In this document: positions 34,016 to 44,213 of the stretch, one piece after another
Numbering within the stretch: the first letter of the stretch is position 1
Layout of the letters: every line of letters begins with the position of its first letter
Assembly: GCF_988242995.1 (NCBI RefSeq)
Contig: NZ_OZ547043.1
DNA: 64,000 nucleotides
Reading direction: 5' to 3' (one strand)
Made by a program: the position numbers and the translations under genes
The notes under the pieces: generated by a model
What the model was told of the DNA's origin: nothing
The model's input: only the letters and a program-made list of their open reading frames with translations
Databases searched by the model: none

Positions 34016-35289
34016 TGCGCGGCCTCCCCAATATCAACGCCAAATTGCGCCAGCAGATATTTCTCGGCCTGCTCATTCCAGATGCCGTGCGTTTCCTCAA
34101 CCAGCCGCGCCAGCTCTTTAAACAGCGGATCGGTTTTGCCTTTTTCGGCAAAATCGGCAATGGCAGTGAGCGGCATGGTCACGCCGTTATAAATGAGTTT
34201 TTTACCGCCTGGGATATCCGGCAGATTGAGCACGGTTTCTGGCACCGCATCCAGGCCACCAATATGGGTCACCATAAACGACGGCTGTAACTGTCCCGTA
34301 GCGCTAAGGGTAATCGCCTCTTTCATGTCGTCCGTTGAACCGCCGGATGTACCGACGACGTGCGTGCTGTTGTAATGGACGTTGTAGAAATTAAACGGCA
34401 CTTTGAAGTTTTTATCCGTCGGCCCGGCAAAGAAGTTCAGGCAGCCATCTTCCGCCAGTAATTCGTCAGCCATCTCAACGACAGCAGGCACCGCCGCATA
34501 AACAAAAATGTCATCGAACCCGGCATCTCCTGTAAGCGCCCGCAGCATCTGTACCGGATCGCTCATCCCTTTGGTATTCACATACACCAGCTCAATGCCT
34601 TTACTGGCCGCCAGCTCCACCGGCAGCAGCTTCTGTACCTGCGCCAGGCGTTTGTCGTCGATATCGACCACCACCACCCGCGACGGTTGTATGCCGCCGT
34701 TAATGGCGTAATCGATAGCGCCAATGCCCATTGGGCCAGCACACGCCAGCAGTGCAATATTGCCGCCAGGTTTAACGCCCATGCGATGCTCATAAACATA
34801 TTGCGTGGTGTGATAATTGGCATGATAAGCGCCAATAATGCAGCACATAGGCTCTGCCAGCGACGCCGCAGCAAAATAAGAGCCGTGATAGGGTAATACG
34901 CAGCCCAAATTAATGGCGATTTCGGGAATAATCATATAGGTGGCGTTACCGCCAAAATATTCGTAGCTGTAGCCCGCTGAATATCCGCTTGGTAACCCCA
35001 TCGCCGGTTGCAATACAAAACGCTGGCCTTTTTTATATTTGCCAGTGAGATTTTTACCCACTTCGACAATAACCCCGGCACATTCATGCCCGGTAATGAC
35101 CGGATGATTTTCTAAATCGTCGGGTACGCGTTTATGTTCACTACCGAGTAACGCCGCTTTCCAGGTGGATAAACAGACGCTGTCAGAAATTACACTCACC
35201 AGCAGTTCATTATCGGTAATTTCTGGCAGTTCAAATTCGCGCAGACGGACATCCCGCTTGCCATAAATAGCAGCAACTTTGGTTTTCAT
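34012..35289 (-). CDS. yggP: Zinc-dependent sugar-phosphate/polyol dehydrogenase (MDR family), 425 aa, intact
   Basis: GHECAG zinc-binding motif; matches YggP; overlaps the yggF start by 4 nt. Confidence 0.85.
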   Translation of the reverse strand: MKTKVAAIYGKRDVRLREFELPEITDNELLVSVISDSVCLSTWKAALLGSEHKRVPDDLENHPVITGHECAGVIVEVGKNLTGKYKKGQRFVLQPAMGLPSGYSAGYSYEYFGGNATYMIIPEIAINLGCVLPYHGSYFAAASLAEPMCCIIGAYHANYHTTQYVYEHRMGVKPGGNIALLACAGPMGIGAIDYAINGGIQPSRVVVVDIDDKRLAQVQKLLPVELAASKGIELVYVNTKGMSDPVQMLRALTGDAGFDDIFVYAAVPAVVEMADELLAEDGCLNFFAGPTDKNFKVPFNFYNVHYNSTHVVGTSGGSTDDMKEAITLSATGQLQPSFMVTHIGGLDAVPETVLNLPDIPGGKKLIYNGVTMPLTAIADFAEKGKTDPLFKELARLVEETHGIWNEQAEKYLLAQFGVDIGEAAQ

Positions 35290-35303
35290 TTTTACCTCTG
35301 TAA

Positions 35304-36692
35304 TCAGTGTTTATGTTCTGCGGTTAATTGATTAAATAAAGTGTCGAGTTTTGGATCGCCAATATAGTTATTAATCAATATCAGTGATTTATCCGTCACA
35401 CGTTTCACGCGCCCTTCCAGACTGGCATGAGTAACAACGATATCCGCATCCGCAGGCACGTTTTCTATCGCGTAATGTTTTACTTCAATTGCCAGCCCCG
35501 CTTTTTCCAGACGTTTACGGAAGGTGGTTGCGCCCATCGCGCTGGAGCCCATCCCCGCATCGCAAACAAAAGCGATACGCTTAACCCGGCTTAACGAGAA
35601 TGCACCCTCTTGTTTCATCGCCTTAACCGCATTGGCTGACTGAGCAAACTCATCTTCGTTCTCCGTTTCCACCGTTTTTTCCATCTTCAGTATCAGCGAA
35701 GTGATAGCAAAGGACACCAGGGTACCTACCGTAACACCAGCAATTGTCGCCAGGAATGAGCCTTTCGGCGTCAGCGCCAGGTAAGCAAAGATAGACCCCG
35801 GACTTGGGCCAGCCACCAGACCACCGTCCAGTAAGTTAAACATCCAGGTGCCAGACATACCGCCCGCAATCATGGCAATAATGGTCAGCGGCTTCATCAG
35901 CACATATGGGAAATACAGTTCGTGGATACCGCCGAGGAAGTGAATAATCATCGCCCCGGGCGCAGAACGTTTACTCATCCCTTTACCAAACAAGGTAAAC
36001 GCCAGCAGCAGCCCTAATCCAGGCCCAGGATTGGACGCCACCATAAAGAAGATAGATTTACCGTTAACCGAAGCCTGTTGCATTCCCAGCGGATAATAGA
36101 CGCCCTGATCGATCGCATTATTGAGGAAAAGCACTTTCGCCGGTTCATTGATGACTGACAGCAGAGGCAGATAACCCGCATGTACCAGCGCCTCGATACA
36201 CTCTTTGACGAAAGTATTGGCAATTAACACCGCCGGGCCGATAACTTCAAAACCCAGCAGACAAAGGAGCATCCCCGCGATACCTAATGAGAAGTTATTG
36301 ATAACCATCTCAAAACCGGCAGGTATGCGTTTTTCCAGCGCCTTGTCGATATATTTAATCACCAGACCACCGAGCGGCCCCATAATCATCGAGCCAAGGA
36401 ACATCGGGATTTCAGCGCCGACGATCACACCAATCGTACCAATTCCGCCCATGACCGCGCCGCGTTTGCCGCCGATCAGATGACCACCAGTAGAACCAAT
36501 CATCACGGGTAATAAATAGGTAATCATCGGACCGACAATTTTGGCGAAATGTTCATTCGGCAGCCAACCGGTGGGAATAAATAACGCAGTTATAAAGCCC
36601 CAGGCAATAAAAGCACCGATATTGGGGATGACCATTGCCGTCAAAAAACCCCCAAAAGCCTGGACCTTTGCACGAGCAGACTTGTTTTCCAT
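35304..36692 (-). CDS. cmtA: PTS mannitol-family EIICB component, 462 aa
   Basis: MENKSARAKVQAFGGFLTAMVIPNIGAFIAWGF... matches CmtA. Confidence 0.9.
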   Translation of the reverse strand: MENKSARAKVQAFGGFLTAMVIPNIGAFIAWGFITALFIPTGWLPNEHFAKIVGPMITYLLPVMIGSTGGHLIGGKRGAVMGGIGTIGVIVGAEIPMFLGSMIMGPLGGLVIKYIDKALEKRIPAGFEMVINNFSLGIAGMLLCLLGFEVIGPAVLIANTFVKECIEALVHAGYLPLLSVINEPAKVLFLNNAIDQGVYYPLGMQQASVNGKSIFFMVASNPGPGLGLLLAFTLFGKGMSKRSAPGAMIIHFLGGIHELYFPYVLMKPLTIIAMIAGGMSGTWMFNLLDGGLVAGPSPGSIFAYLALTPKGSFLATIAGVTVGTLVSFAITSLILKMEKTVETENEDEFAQSANAVKAMKQEGAFSLSRVKRIAFVCDAGMGSSAMGATTFRKRLEKAGLAIEVKHYAIENVPADADIVVTHASLEGRVKRVTDKSLILINNYIGDPKLDTLFNQLTAEHKH

Positions 36693-36719
36693 AATATTAT
36701 CCTGTAGAGGAGAGAGTCA

Positions 36720-37163
36720 TTATCCGCGGCTGATAATGTCCGCTAATTGTTTTTCTGATGATGCTGTTAAGAGTTGTTCGAGTATTTCTTCTTCGCTCAG
36801 TAATTCACTTAACGCCTGAATAGCGCCAATGTGCGAATCGGCATCGGCAGCAGAAAGGCCGATGAGTAATTTTATCGGTTCGTCATTCCCCGGAAAATAA
36901 ACGCCTTGTTTAAGTAACGTTAAAGACATCCCGGTTTTAAGCGCCCCACATTCCGGTCGAGCATGAGGCATTGCCACGCCTGGTGCGAGAATATAGTAAG
37001 GGCCATTACTCATGGTGGAATATTTAATAGCCTGAATGTAATTCTCGCTGATATAGTTTTTATCCAGCAATGATGCCATCGAGAAATCGATAGCTTCCTG
37101 CCAATCTTTTGCTGAATGTATAACTGAGATTGATGATTCTGGAAAATAATCAATAAGCCGCAT
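36720..37163 (-). CDS. cmtB: PTS mannitol-family EIIA component, 147 aa
   Basis: MRLIDYFPESSISVIHSAKDWQEAIDFSMASLL... matches CmtB. Confidence 0.9.
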   Translation of the reverse strand: MRLIDYFPESSISVIHSAKDWQEAIDFSMASLLDKNYISENYIQAIKYSTMSNGPYYILAPGVAMPHARPECGALKTGMSLTLLKQGVYFPGNDEPIKLLIGLSAADADSHIGAIQALSELLSEEEILEQLLTASSEKQLADIISRG

Positions 37164-37540
37164 AAATTATCCTTATTTTATTTTTAGGGTACCGTCCGGC
37201 GGTAAAAATAAAATACTCGTGCGGTTTAATGAAAGCAATTGGGTACGCGAGAAGAAAAACCCCATGAGCCAAAATAATAAAACTTTAAATAACAACAACA
37301 TGAAATCAATAATTACAAAGTCAACTTTGTATTTGTTATGTTTATCACAAAATCAACATTTTGTTTGTTATTGTATTTTTGATGCATATCGCCATTTATT
37401 TATTGAATGTCCGAAAACATACTTTTTTTAATGCAATGTTTTTTCGCTATACCCCTTTATAGATTCTGAATTCTCACCTGTCGGCTATTTTCTCCTCACC
37501 TCATGTGACATATTCCCCACTTTACTCAAGGAAGATTCAT

Positions 37541-38449
37541 ATGAAAGCACCTGTTTCAATAACCTCATTTCGCCCACAAAAATCTATTGCTATCGTCATT
37601 GGCGTGCTTGCCGTGGTTGTGCTGCCATTTCTCTCGTATTACACCGTTAATGAAGGTGAACGCGGCATTTTGCTGCGCTACGGAAAAATCGTAAAAGTTG
37701 CCGAGCCGGGTCTGGGTTTTAAAATCCCTTTTATGGAAAGCGTGGAGAAAATTTCCACGCGTAATCAGGCTGTGGTTTATCAGGGATTACAGGCCTACAG
37801 CCGCGACCAGCAACCGGCACAAATGACAGTATCAGTCAGCTTCCACATTAAACCTTCAGAAGCTGGCGCAGTTTATACAACCTACAACACCATTGAATCT
37901 TTAAAAGAGCGTCTGATCGTCCGCCAGCTGCCAACCCAACTGGAGAACGTTTTCGGGCAATATACAGCCATCAGCGCGGTACAGGATCGTACAAAACTGG
38001 TTCAGGATCTGCAAAATGCAATGCGTAAAGCCGTTGTTGGCCCGGTGGTGATTGATGGTGTTCAGATTGAAAATATTGATTTTTCTGACGCTTATGAAAA
38101 ATCGATTGAAGATCGAATGAAAGCAGAAGTCGCCATTGCCACACGTAAGCAAAATCTGGAAACAGAGAAAATCCAGGCGCAAATAGCGGTAACTCAGGCC
38201 CAGGCAGAAGCAGACAGTAAACTGGCGGCAGCCAAAGCAGAAGCTGAGACTATTCGCGTAAGAGGCGCGGCAGAGGCTGAAACTATTCGTTTAAAAAGTG
38301 CGGCTGAAGCAGAAGCGATCCGCCTGCGCGGTGAAGCTCTGCGGGATAATCCCGGACTTGTTGCCCTCACCACTGCTGAGCGTTGGGACGGTAAGCTACC
38401 CGATACCATGATCCCCGGCAGTACAGTTCCGTTTATCTCTACTAAGTAA
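37541..38449 (+). CDS. SPFH/band-7 (prohibitin/HflC-like) membrane protein with an Ala/Glu-rich repeat tail, 302 aa
   Basis: AAGGAAG Shine-Dalgarno before the ATG; N-terminal TM helix; SPFH core (YTVNEGERGILLRYGK...); C-terminal AEAETIR-type repeats. Confidence 0.7.
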   Translation: MKAPVSITSFRPQKSIAIVIGVLAVVVLPFLSYYTVNEGERGILLRYGKIVKVAEPGLGFKIPFMESVEKISTRNQAVVYQGLQAYSRDQQPAQMTVSVSFHIKPSEAGAVYTTYNTIESLKERLIVRQLPTQLENVFGQYTAISAVQDRTKLVQDLQNAMRKAVVGPVVIDGVQIENIDFSDAYEKSIEDRMKAEVAIATRKQNLETEKIQAQIAVTQAQAEADSKLAAAKAEAETIRVRGAAEAETIRLKSAAEAEAIRLRGEALRDNPGLVALTTAERWDGKLPDTMIPGSTVPFISTK

Positions 38450-39155
38450 TAAATATCCTCCGGCATAGCCGGAGGTTTTTCAAATGCGCCTATAAGGCTC
38501 TCTTACCAGCCGCGCCCTAACAGGCGCACACGATCTGACATTTGCATCCAACTTCGTTACTTACGGCCCGTAAACGGGCTGCCCGGATAGGGAATCGATA
38601 ACTGCTCTCCCATTTTATCCTCTTCAAGCTGGTGCTTTATGTAATCCTGTATCTTCGCCGTGTTCTTACCCACTGTATCGACGTAGTACCCTCTGCACCA
38701 GAACTCCCTGTTCCTGTATTTGAATTTCAAATCACCAAACTGCTCGTAAAGCATCAGACTGCTTTTCCCTTTCAGATATCCCATAAACCCGGATACGCTC
38801 ATTTTGGGCGGGATCTCCACAAGCATATGGATATGATCTGCACAGCATTCAGCTTCCAGAATCCGTACGCTTTTCCACTCACACAGCTTTCTCAAAATAC
38901 TGCCTATTGCTCTACGCTTCTCTCTGTAGAACACCTGTCTTCGGTATTTTGGCGCAAAAACTATGTGATATTTACAGTTCCATCGGGTGTGCGCTAAGCT
39001 CTTTTCGTTCCCCATTGGGACCCCCTTTTGATTTCTTGTTTGACACTTGCAGTTGCCAGACCGCAAGGTGTTTTAACAAATCAAAAGGGGTTTTAATAAC
39101 TGGCTCAAAGCTGAAAGCTTTCCGGAACCCCCAGCCTAGCTGGGGGTTTTCTGTG
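38450..39155 (-). mobile_element. IS200 insertion sequence (IS200/IS605 family), about 0.7 kb, boundaries approximate
   Basis: Complete Y1/HUH transposase gene; GC-rich subterminal hairpins at both ends (cccccagcctagctggggg 39128-39146 and cctccggcatagccggagg 38456-38474). Confidence 0.6.
38557..39015 (-). CDS. tnpA: IS200 transposase TnpA (Y1 HUH transposase), 152 aa
   Basis: MGNEKSLAHTRWNCKYHIVFAPKYRRQVFY...HIHMLVEIPP... matches IS200 TnpA. Confidence 0.9.
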   Translation of the reverse strand: MGNEKSLAHTRWNCKYHIVFAPKYRRQVFYREKRRAIGSILRKLCEWKSVRILEAECCADHIHMLVEIPPKMSVSGFMGYLKGKSSLMLYEQFGDLKFKYRNREFWCRGYYVDTVGKNTAKIQDYIKHQLEEDKMGEQLSIPYPGSPFTGRK

Positions 39156-39158
39156 CAC

Positions 39159-39183
39159 AAAAAAAGGGCCGCTTTCGCGGCCC
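39159..39183 (-). terminator. Intrinsic terminator downstream of tktA
   Basis: gggccgcgaaagcggccc hairpin followed by a 7-T run on the minus strand. Confidence 0.75.
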
Positions 39184-39205
39184 TTCTCACAAAGCATCTT
39201 ACCGA

Positions 39206-41197
39206 TTACAGCAGTTCTTTTGCTTTCGCAACAACGTTGTCAACGGTGAAGCCGAACTCTTCAAACAGCAGTTCTGCCGGGGCAGACTCACCGAAGGTGG
39301 TCATGCCGACGATAGCACCGTTCAGGCCAACATACTTGTACCAGTAGTCAGCAATACCCGCTTCTACCGCAACGCGTGCAGTAACCGCTTTCGGCAGTAC
39401 GGATTCACGGTAAGCCGCATCCTGCTTGTCGAATGCATCGGTAGACGGCATGGAAACCACGCGCGCCTTCACGCCTTCGGCAGTCAGTTTTTCGTAGGCA
39501 GCGACAGCCAGTTCAACTTCAGAACCGGTAGCGATGAAGATCAGTTCCGGCTGGCCGGCACAGTCTTTCAGCACATAACCACCGCGCGCGATGTTTGCCA
39601 GCTGCTCTTCAGTACGCTCCTGCTGCGCCAGGTTCTGACGGGAGAGGATAAGCGCAGTCGGGCCGTCCTGACGTTCAACGCCGTATTTCCATGCCACTGC
39701 AGATTCAACCTGGTCACATGGACGCCATGTAGACATGTTCGGGGTCACGCGCAGAGAAGCAACCTGCTCTACCGGCTGGTGAGTCGGGCCATCTTCGCCC
39801 AGACCGATGGAGTCGTGGGTGTAAACCATCACCTGACGCTGTTTCATCAGCGCAGCCATACGTACGGCGTTACGTGCGTATTCCACGAACATCAGGAAGG
39901 TGGAGGTGTACGGCAGGAAGCCACCGTGCAGGGAGATACCGTTAGCAATCGCGGTCATACCGAACTCGCGAACACCGTAGTGGATGTAGTTACCCGCAGC
40001 ATCTTCGTTGATTGCTTTAGAACCAGACCACAGGGTCAGGTTAGACGGTGCCAGGTCAGCAGAGCCGCCGAGGAATTCCGGCAACAGCGGACCGAACGCT
40101 TCAATCGCATTCTGAGACGCTTTACGGCTGGCGATTTTCGCCGGGTTAGCCTGCAGTTTAGCGATGAACTCTTTCGCTTTAGCGTCGAAGTCAGACGGCA
40201 TTTCGCCTTTCATACGGCGGGTAAATTCAGCGGCTTCCTGCGGATAAGCTTTCGCGTAAGCTGCGAATTTCTCGTTCCATGCGGATTCTTTCGCCTGGCC
40301 TGCTTCTTTCGCATCCCACTGAGCATAGATTTCAGACGGGATTTCGAACGGTGCATATTTCCAGCCCAGCTGTTCGCGGGTCAGGGCGATTTCAGCGTCG
40401 CCCAGCGGCGCACCGTGGGAGTCGTGCGTACCGGCTTTGTTCGGTGAACCGAAACCGATGATGGTTTTGCACATCAGCAGGGACGGTTTGTCAGTCACTG
40501 CGCGCGCTTCTTCTACTGCGCGTTTGATGGATGCCGCGTCATGACCGTCGATGCCGCGAATAACGTGCCAGCCGTAAGCTTCGAAACGCATTGCGGTGTC
40601 GTCGGTGAACCAGCCTTCAACGTGACCATCGATAGAGATACCGTTGTCATCGTAGAACGCAATCAGTTTACCCAGCTTCAGCGTACCCGCCAGAGAGCAA
40701 ACTTCGTGGGAGATGCCTTCCATCATGCAGCCGTCGCCCATGAAGGCGTAGGTGTAGTGGTCGACGATGTCGTGGCCCGGACGGTTAAACTGCGCCGCCA
40801 GCGTTTTTTCTGCAATCGCCATACCGACTGCGTTGGCAATACCCTGACCCAGCGGACCAGTAGTGGTTTCCACACCAGCGGTGTAACCCACTTCCGGGTG
40901 ACCCGGAGTTTTAGAGTGCAGCTGACGGAAGTTTTTCAGTTCTTCCATCGGCAGATCGTAACCGGTGAGGTGCAGCAGGCTGTAGATCAGCATGGAGCCG
41001 TGGCCGTTGGACAGCACGAAGCGGTCACGGTCAGCCCAGGACGGATTCTGCGGGTTGTGTTTCAGGAAATCACGCCACAGGACTTCGGCAATGTCAGCCA
41101 TACCCATAGGGGCACCCGGGTGACCGGATTTGGCTTTCTGTACTGCGTCCATGCTCAGCGCACGAATAGCATTGGCAAGCTCTTTACGTGAGGACAT
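39206..41197 (-). CDS. tktA: Transketolase 1, 663 aa
   Basis: [41 protein letters not shown]... matches TktA. Confidence 0.95.
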   Translation of the reverse strand: MSSRKELANAIRALSMDAVQKAKSGHPGAPMGMADIAEVLWRDFLKHNPQNPSWADRDRFVLSNGHGSMLIYSLLHLTGYDLPMEELKNFRQLHSKTPGHPEVGYTAGVETTTGPLGQGIANAVGMAIAEKTLAAQFNRPGHDIVDHYTYAFMGDGCMMEGISHEVCSLAGTLKLGKLIAFYDDNGISIDGHVEGWFTDDTAMRFEAYGWHVIRGIDGHDAASIKRAVEEARAVTDKPSLLMCKTIIGFGSPNKAGTHDSHGAPLGDAEIALTREQLGWKYAPFEIPSEIYAQWDAKEAGQAKESAWNEKFAAYAKAYPQEAAEFTRRMKGEMPSDFDAKAKEFIAKLQANPAKIASRKASQNAIEAFGPLLPEFLGGSADLAPSNLTLWSGSKAINEDAAGNYIHYGVREFGMTAIANGISLHGGFLPYTSTFLMFVEYARNAVRMAALMKQRQVMVYTHDSIGLGEDGPTHQPVEQVASLRVTPNMSTWRPCDQVESAVAWKYGVERQDGPTALILSRQNLAQQERTEEQLANIARGGYVLKDCAGQPELIFIATGSEVELAVAAYEKLTAEGVKARVVSMPSTDAFDKQDAAYRESVLPKAVTARVAVEAGIADYWYKYVGLNGAIVGMTTFGESAPAELLFEEFGFTVDNVVAKAKELL

Positions 41198-41474
41198 TTT
41201 GACTCCAGATCGGATGATGAAGGGCACGCCCTTAACGACTTGACGACAGCGCGTTTTGGGCTACGCCGGAAAATTTGCCAACAATTTACCGCAAGCCGCG
41301 CGTCATGTACATGGAACATCCTTTTGCCGCTTCAGAAATCTCTGGATCATGCTCGCATGTTGCGCAATCTGCTCGCCCGTCCGCTGCGCTTTTCCTTATA
41401 CTGAGACTAAGCGTCGATTCACCTGCAAACGGCGCATTTTTAGAATAATCCTGACCTTGTGCGGAAGAGAAAAC

Positions 41475-42233
41475 ATGAAAATTCGCGCCTTATTGGTAGC
41501 AATGAGCGTGGCAACGGTACTGACCGGTTGCCAGAATATGGACTCCAACGGACTGCTCTCATCAGGAGCGGAAGCTTTTCAGGCTTACAGTTTGAGTGAT
41601 GCGCAGGTGAAAACCCTGAGCGATCAGGCATGTCAGGAGATGGACAGCAAGGCGACGATTGCGCCAGCCAATAGCGAATACGCTAAACGTCTGACAACTA
41701 TTGCCAATGCGCTAGGCAACAATATCAACGGTCAGCCGGTGAATTACAAAGTGTATATGGCGAAGGATGTGAACGCCTTTGCAATGGCTAACGGTTGTAT
41801 CCGCGTCTATAGCGGGCTGATGGATATGATGACGGATAACGAAGTCGAAGCGGTGATCGGTCACGAGATGGGGCACGTGGCGTTAGGCCATGTGAAGAAA
41901 GGGATGCAGGTGGCACTTGGTACAAATGCCGTGCGAGTAGCTGCGGCCTCTGCGGGCGGGATTGTCGGCAGTTTATCTCAATCACAACTCGGTGATCTGG
42001 GCGAGAAATTAGTTAATTCGCAATTCTCCCAGCGCCAGGAAGCAGAAGCCGATGATTATTCTTACGATCTTCTGAGCCAACGCGGCATCAGCCCGGCAGG
42101 TCTTGCCACCAGCTTTGAAAAACTGGCGAAGCTGGAAGAAGGCCGTCAAAGCTCAATGTTTGACGACCATCCTGCATCCGCCGAACGCGCCCAGCATATT
42201 CGCGATCGTATGAGCGCGGATGGAGTTAAGTAA
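41475..42233 (+). CDS. loiP: M48-family metalloprotease lipoprotein LoiP (YggG), 252 aa
   Basis: Lipobox LTGC; HEMGH zinc motif; the track ORF carries a 73-codon upstream extension. Confidence 0.9.
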   Translation: MKIRALLVAMSVATVLTGCQNMDSNGLLSSGAEAFQAYSLSDAQVKTLSDQACQEMDSKATIAPANSEYAKRLTTIANALGNNINGQPVNYKVYMAKDVNAFAMANGCIRVYSGLMDMMTDNEVEAVIGHEMGHVALGHVKKGMQVALGTNAVRVAAASAGGIVGSLSQSQLGDLGEKLVNSQFSQRQEAEADDYSYDLLSQRGISPAGLATSFEKLAKLEEGRQSSMFDDHPASAERAQHIRDRMSADGVK

Positions 42234-42244
42234 GCATTTTATTA

Positions 42245-42280
42245 CGCCGGATTTGACGCACAACGCATCTTATCCGGCGC
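42245..42280. repeat. REP-like palindrome between convergent loiP and speB
   Basis: cgccggat...atccggcg arms. Confidence 0.4.
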
Positions 42281-43201
42281 TTACTCGCCCTTTTTCGCAG
42301 CCTGAATATACAGCATCTCCAGCGCCAGCGTCGCCGCAGCCAGAGCGGTGATTTCCGACTGATCGTATGCCGGAGCCACTTCCACTACGTCCATCCCAAC
42401 AATGTTGAGATCTTTCAGGCCGCGTACCAGTTTAATAGCGCGATCGGAGGTCAGGCCGCCAATTACTGGCGTACCGGTTCCCGGCGCGAAAGCAGGATCC
42501 AGGCAGTCGATATCAAAGGTCAGGTAAACCGGCATATCACCCACAATCTGTTTCACTTGGGCGATAACGTTATCCACGCTGCGATCGTTCACCTGGCAGG
42601 CGTCCAGCACGGTAAAGCCGTTGTCTTTATCGAACTCAGTACGAATACCAATCTGCACGGAATGATTCGGGTCGATCAGACCTTCTTTCGGCGCGGTATA
42701 GAACATGGTGCCGTGGTCAAATTCACAACCGTTCGCATAGGTGTCGGTGTGGGCGTCAAAGTGTACCAGCGCCATTTTGCCGAAATGCTTCGCATGAGCA
42801 CGCAGCAGCGGCAGCGTAACAAAGTGGTCACCACCGAAGGAGAGCATACGCTTACCGGCAGCCAGCAGCTTCTCGGCGTGCGCCTGCAGCTTCTCGCTCA
42901 TCTCACGGGCATCTCCGAAGGCATATACCAGATCGCCGCAGTCCACCACGTTCAGGCGCTCACGCATGTCGAAATTCCACGGGAAGCGGTTGTGTTCCCA
43001 GGCCAGATTCGTCGAAACCTGACGGATAGCAGCCGGACCGTGGCGTCCACCCGCACGACCAGAAGTGGCCATATCGAACGGCACGCCAGTAATCACCCAG
43101 TCAGCATCGCTGTCATATGGCTGGAAGTTCATCGGCAGGCGTAAAAAACCAAAGGCGTTGGAAACCAGTGAGTTATCGTATTGATGACCTAAGGTGCTCA
43201 T
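42281..43201 (-). CDS. speB: Agmatinase, 306 aa
   Basis: [43 protein letters not shown]... matches SpeB. Confidence 0.95.
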   Translation of the reverse strand: MSTLGHQYDNSLVSNAFGFLRLPMNFQPYDSDADWVITGVPFDMATSGRAGGRHGPAAIRQVSTNLAWEHNRFPWNFDMRERLNVVDCGDLVYAFGDAREMSEKLQAHAEKLLAAGKRMLSFGGDHFVTLPLLRAHAKHFGKMALVHFDAHTDTYANGCEFDHGTMFYTAPKEGLIDPNHSVQIGIRTEFDKDNGFTVLDACQVNDRSVDNVIAQVKQIVGDMPVYLTFDIDCLDPAFAPGTGTPVIGGLTSDRAIKLVRGLKDLNIVGMDVVEVAPAYDQSEITALAAATLALEMLYIQAAKKGE

Positions 43202-43336
43202 GGATGGACTCCTATTACAAAGTCGATATAAAAAAACCCTTCCGCGTCGTTAGGCCCGACGAGGAAGGGTTGGATTTGCGAAACACAAGTTTGCGCTAAT
43301 TATCGCCTTAAATGGACGAGGCATCAAGCGAGGTTG

Positions 43337-44068
43337 CTATTTCCGACACGGTGGCGGCGCATAGCCATTGTTGTCCGCCGGAAAGGCTTGTCCAGAGCAC
43401 GGCGGCAGCGCGTTTTGCGCCGGGCCTTGTAATTCAAAGGCGGCAAAGCCGATTACACCGGTATTACGCACATCGCCTTGCGCCGAATTGGCTGCGTAGG
43501 AATCAGCAACGTTGGCGAACTGAAAAGCCGCTTCGGTATGTTTATCTTTGCGGAATCCTTTAATCGCTAACGAATCTCCGGCATTCACAATATAGCCGTT
43601 GTTATTCAGCGAACCTTGCTTGCCGTTCAGCACATCCAGGCCATCAACCGTAGCAACGATCTCGTAGTTGGTATTACGACTGTAATTGCGGACATATAAT
43701 TGATAATTCATTCCTACTCTGGCATGGACAATATAGCGTGGTTCATTATTTGACGAATCATAAACCCGCGTAATAGGTAGAGAATTAAAATTACCATCGC
43801 GAATAGCATATTCAAGTTCGTTAATACGAATGCTATAAACGCGGTCGTAGCCCGAAGGAACAGTAGTCGAATAACTAATAACGATCATCTCTGCCGGATC
43901 GCGCCAGACTCGTTCAGCAGATACGCCCTGAACCGATGAGTGCACATCCCCACCCCAGGCGGTGCCGACATTGCCTGATGCACTGCTATTATACTGCGCA
44001 TTACTGGAACAACCGGCCAGCAGCACGGCTAATGCTATCAACGCGCTACGTACTTTCCATTTTTTCAT
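43337..44068 (-). CDS. Lipoprotein of unknown function, 243 aa
   Basis: GAGGGAA Shine-Dalgarno; signal peptide with lipobox MKKWKVRSALIALAVLLAGCSS; no family recognised. Confidence 0.6.
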   Translation of the reverse strand: MKKWKVRSALIALAVLLAGCSSNAQYNSSASGNVGTAWGGDVHSSVQGVSAERVWRDPAEMIVISYSTTVPSGYDRVYSIRINELEYAIRDGNFNSLPITRVYDSSNNEPRYIVHARVGMNYQLYVRNYSRNTNYEIVATVDGLDVLNGKQGSLNNNGYIVNAGDSLAIKGFRKDKHTEAAFQFANVADSYAANSAQGDVRNTGVIGFAAFELQGPAQNALPPCSGQAFPADNNGYAPPPCRK

Positions 44069-44149
44069 AACCGTTCCCTCTGCATTTAATTAATGCAGCG
44101 ATTGTAGGGGGATTATTTAATAAGAAAAGCAGCTAAATTATTTTTAAGA

Positions 44150-44196
44150 ATATATAAAAAGAAAGCGGGCCGATTTACGTAAATAAATCGACCCGC
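44150..44196 (-). terminator. Intrinsic terminator downstream of speA
   Basis: About 13-bp-arm hairpin gcgggtcgatttatttacgtaaatcggcccgc followed by a T-rich run on the minus strand. Confidence 0.6.
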
Positions 44197-44213
44197 CAGC
44201 GGAATAATCTTAA

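Noticed and set aside
38453-38482. Hairpin plus T-run after the SPFH gene as a dedicated native terminator
   Set aside because: Its stem-loop matches the opposite IS200 subterminal hairpin in architecture, so I assigned it to the IS200 end.
39779-41191. Plus-strand ORFs of 222 and 216 aa opposite tktA
   Set aside because: Antisense to transketolase; Arg/Val-rich nonsense composition.
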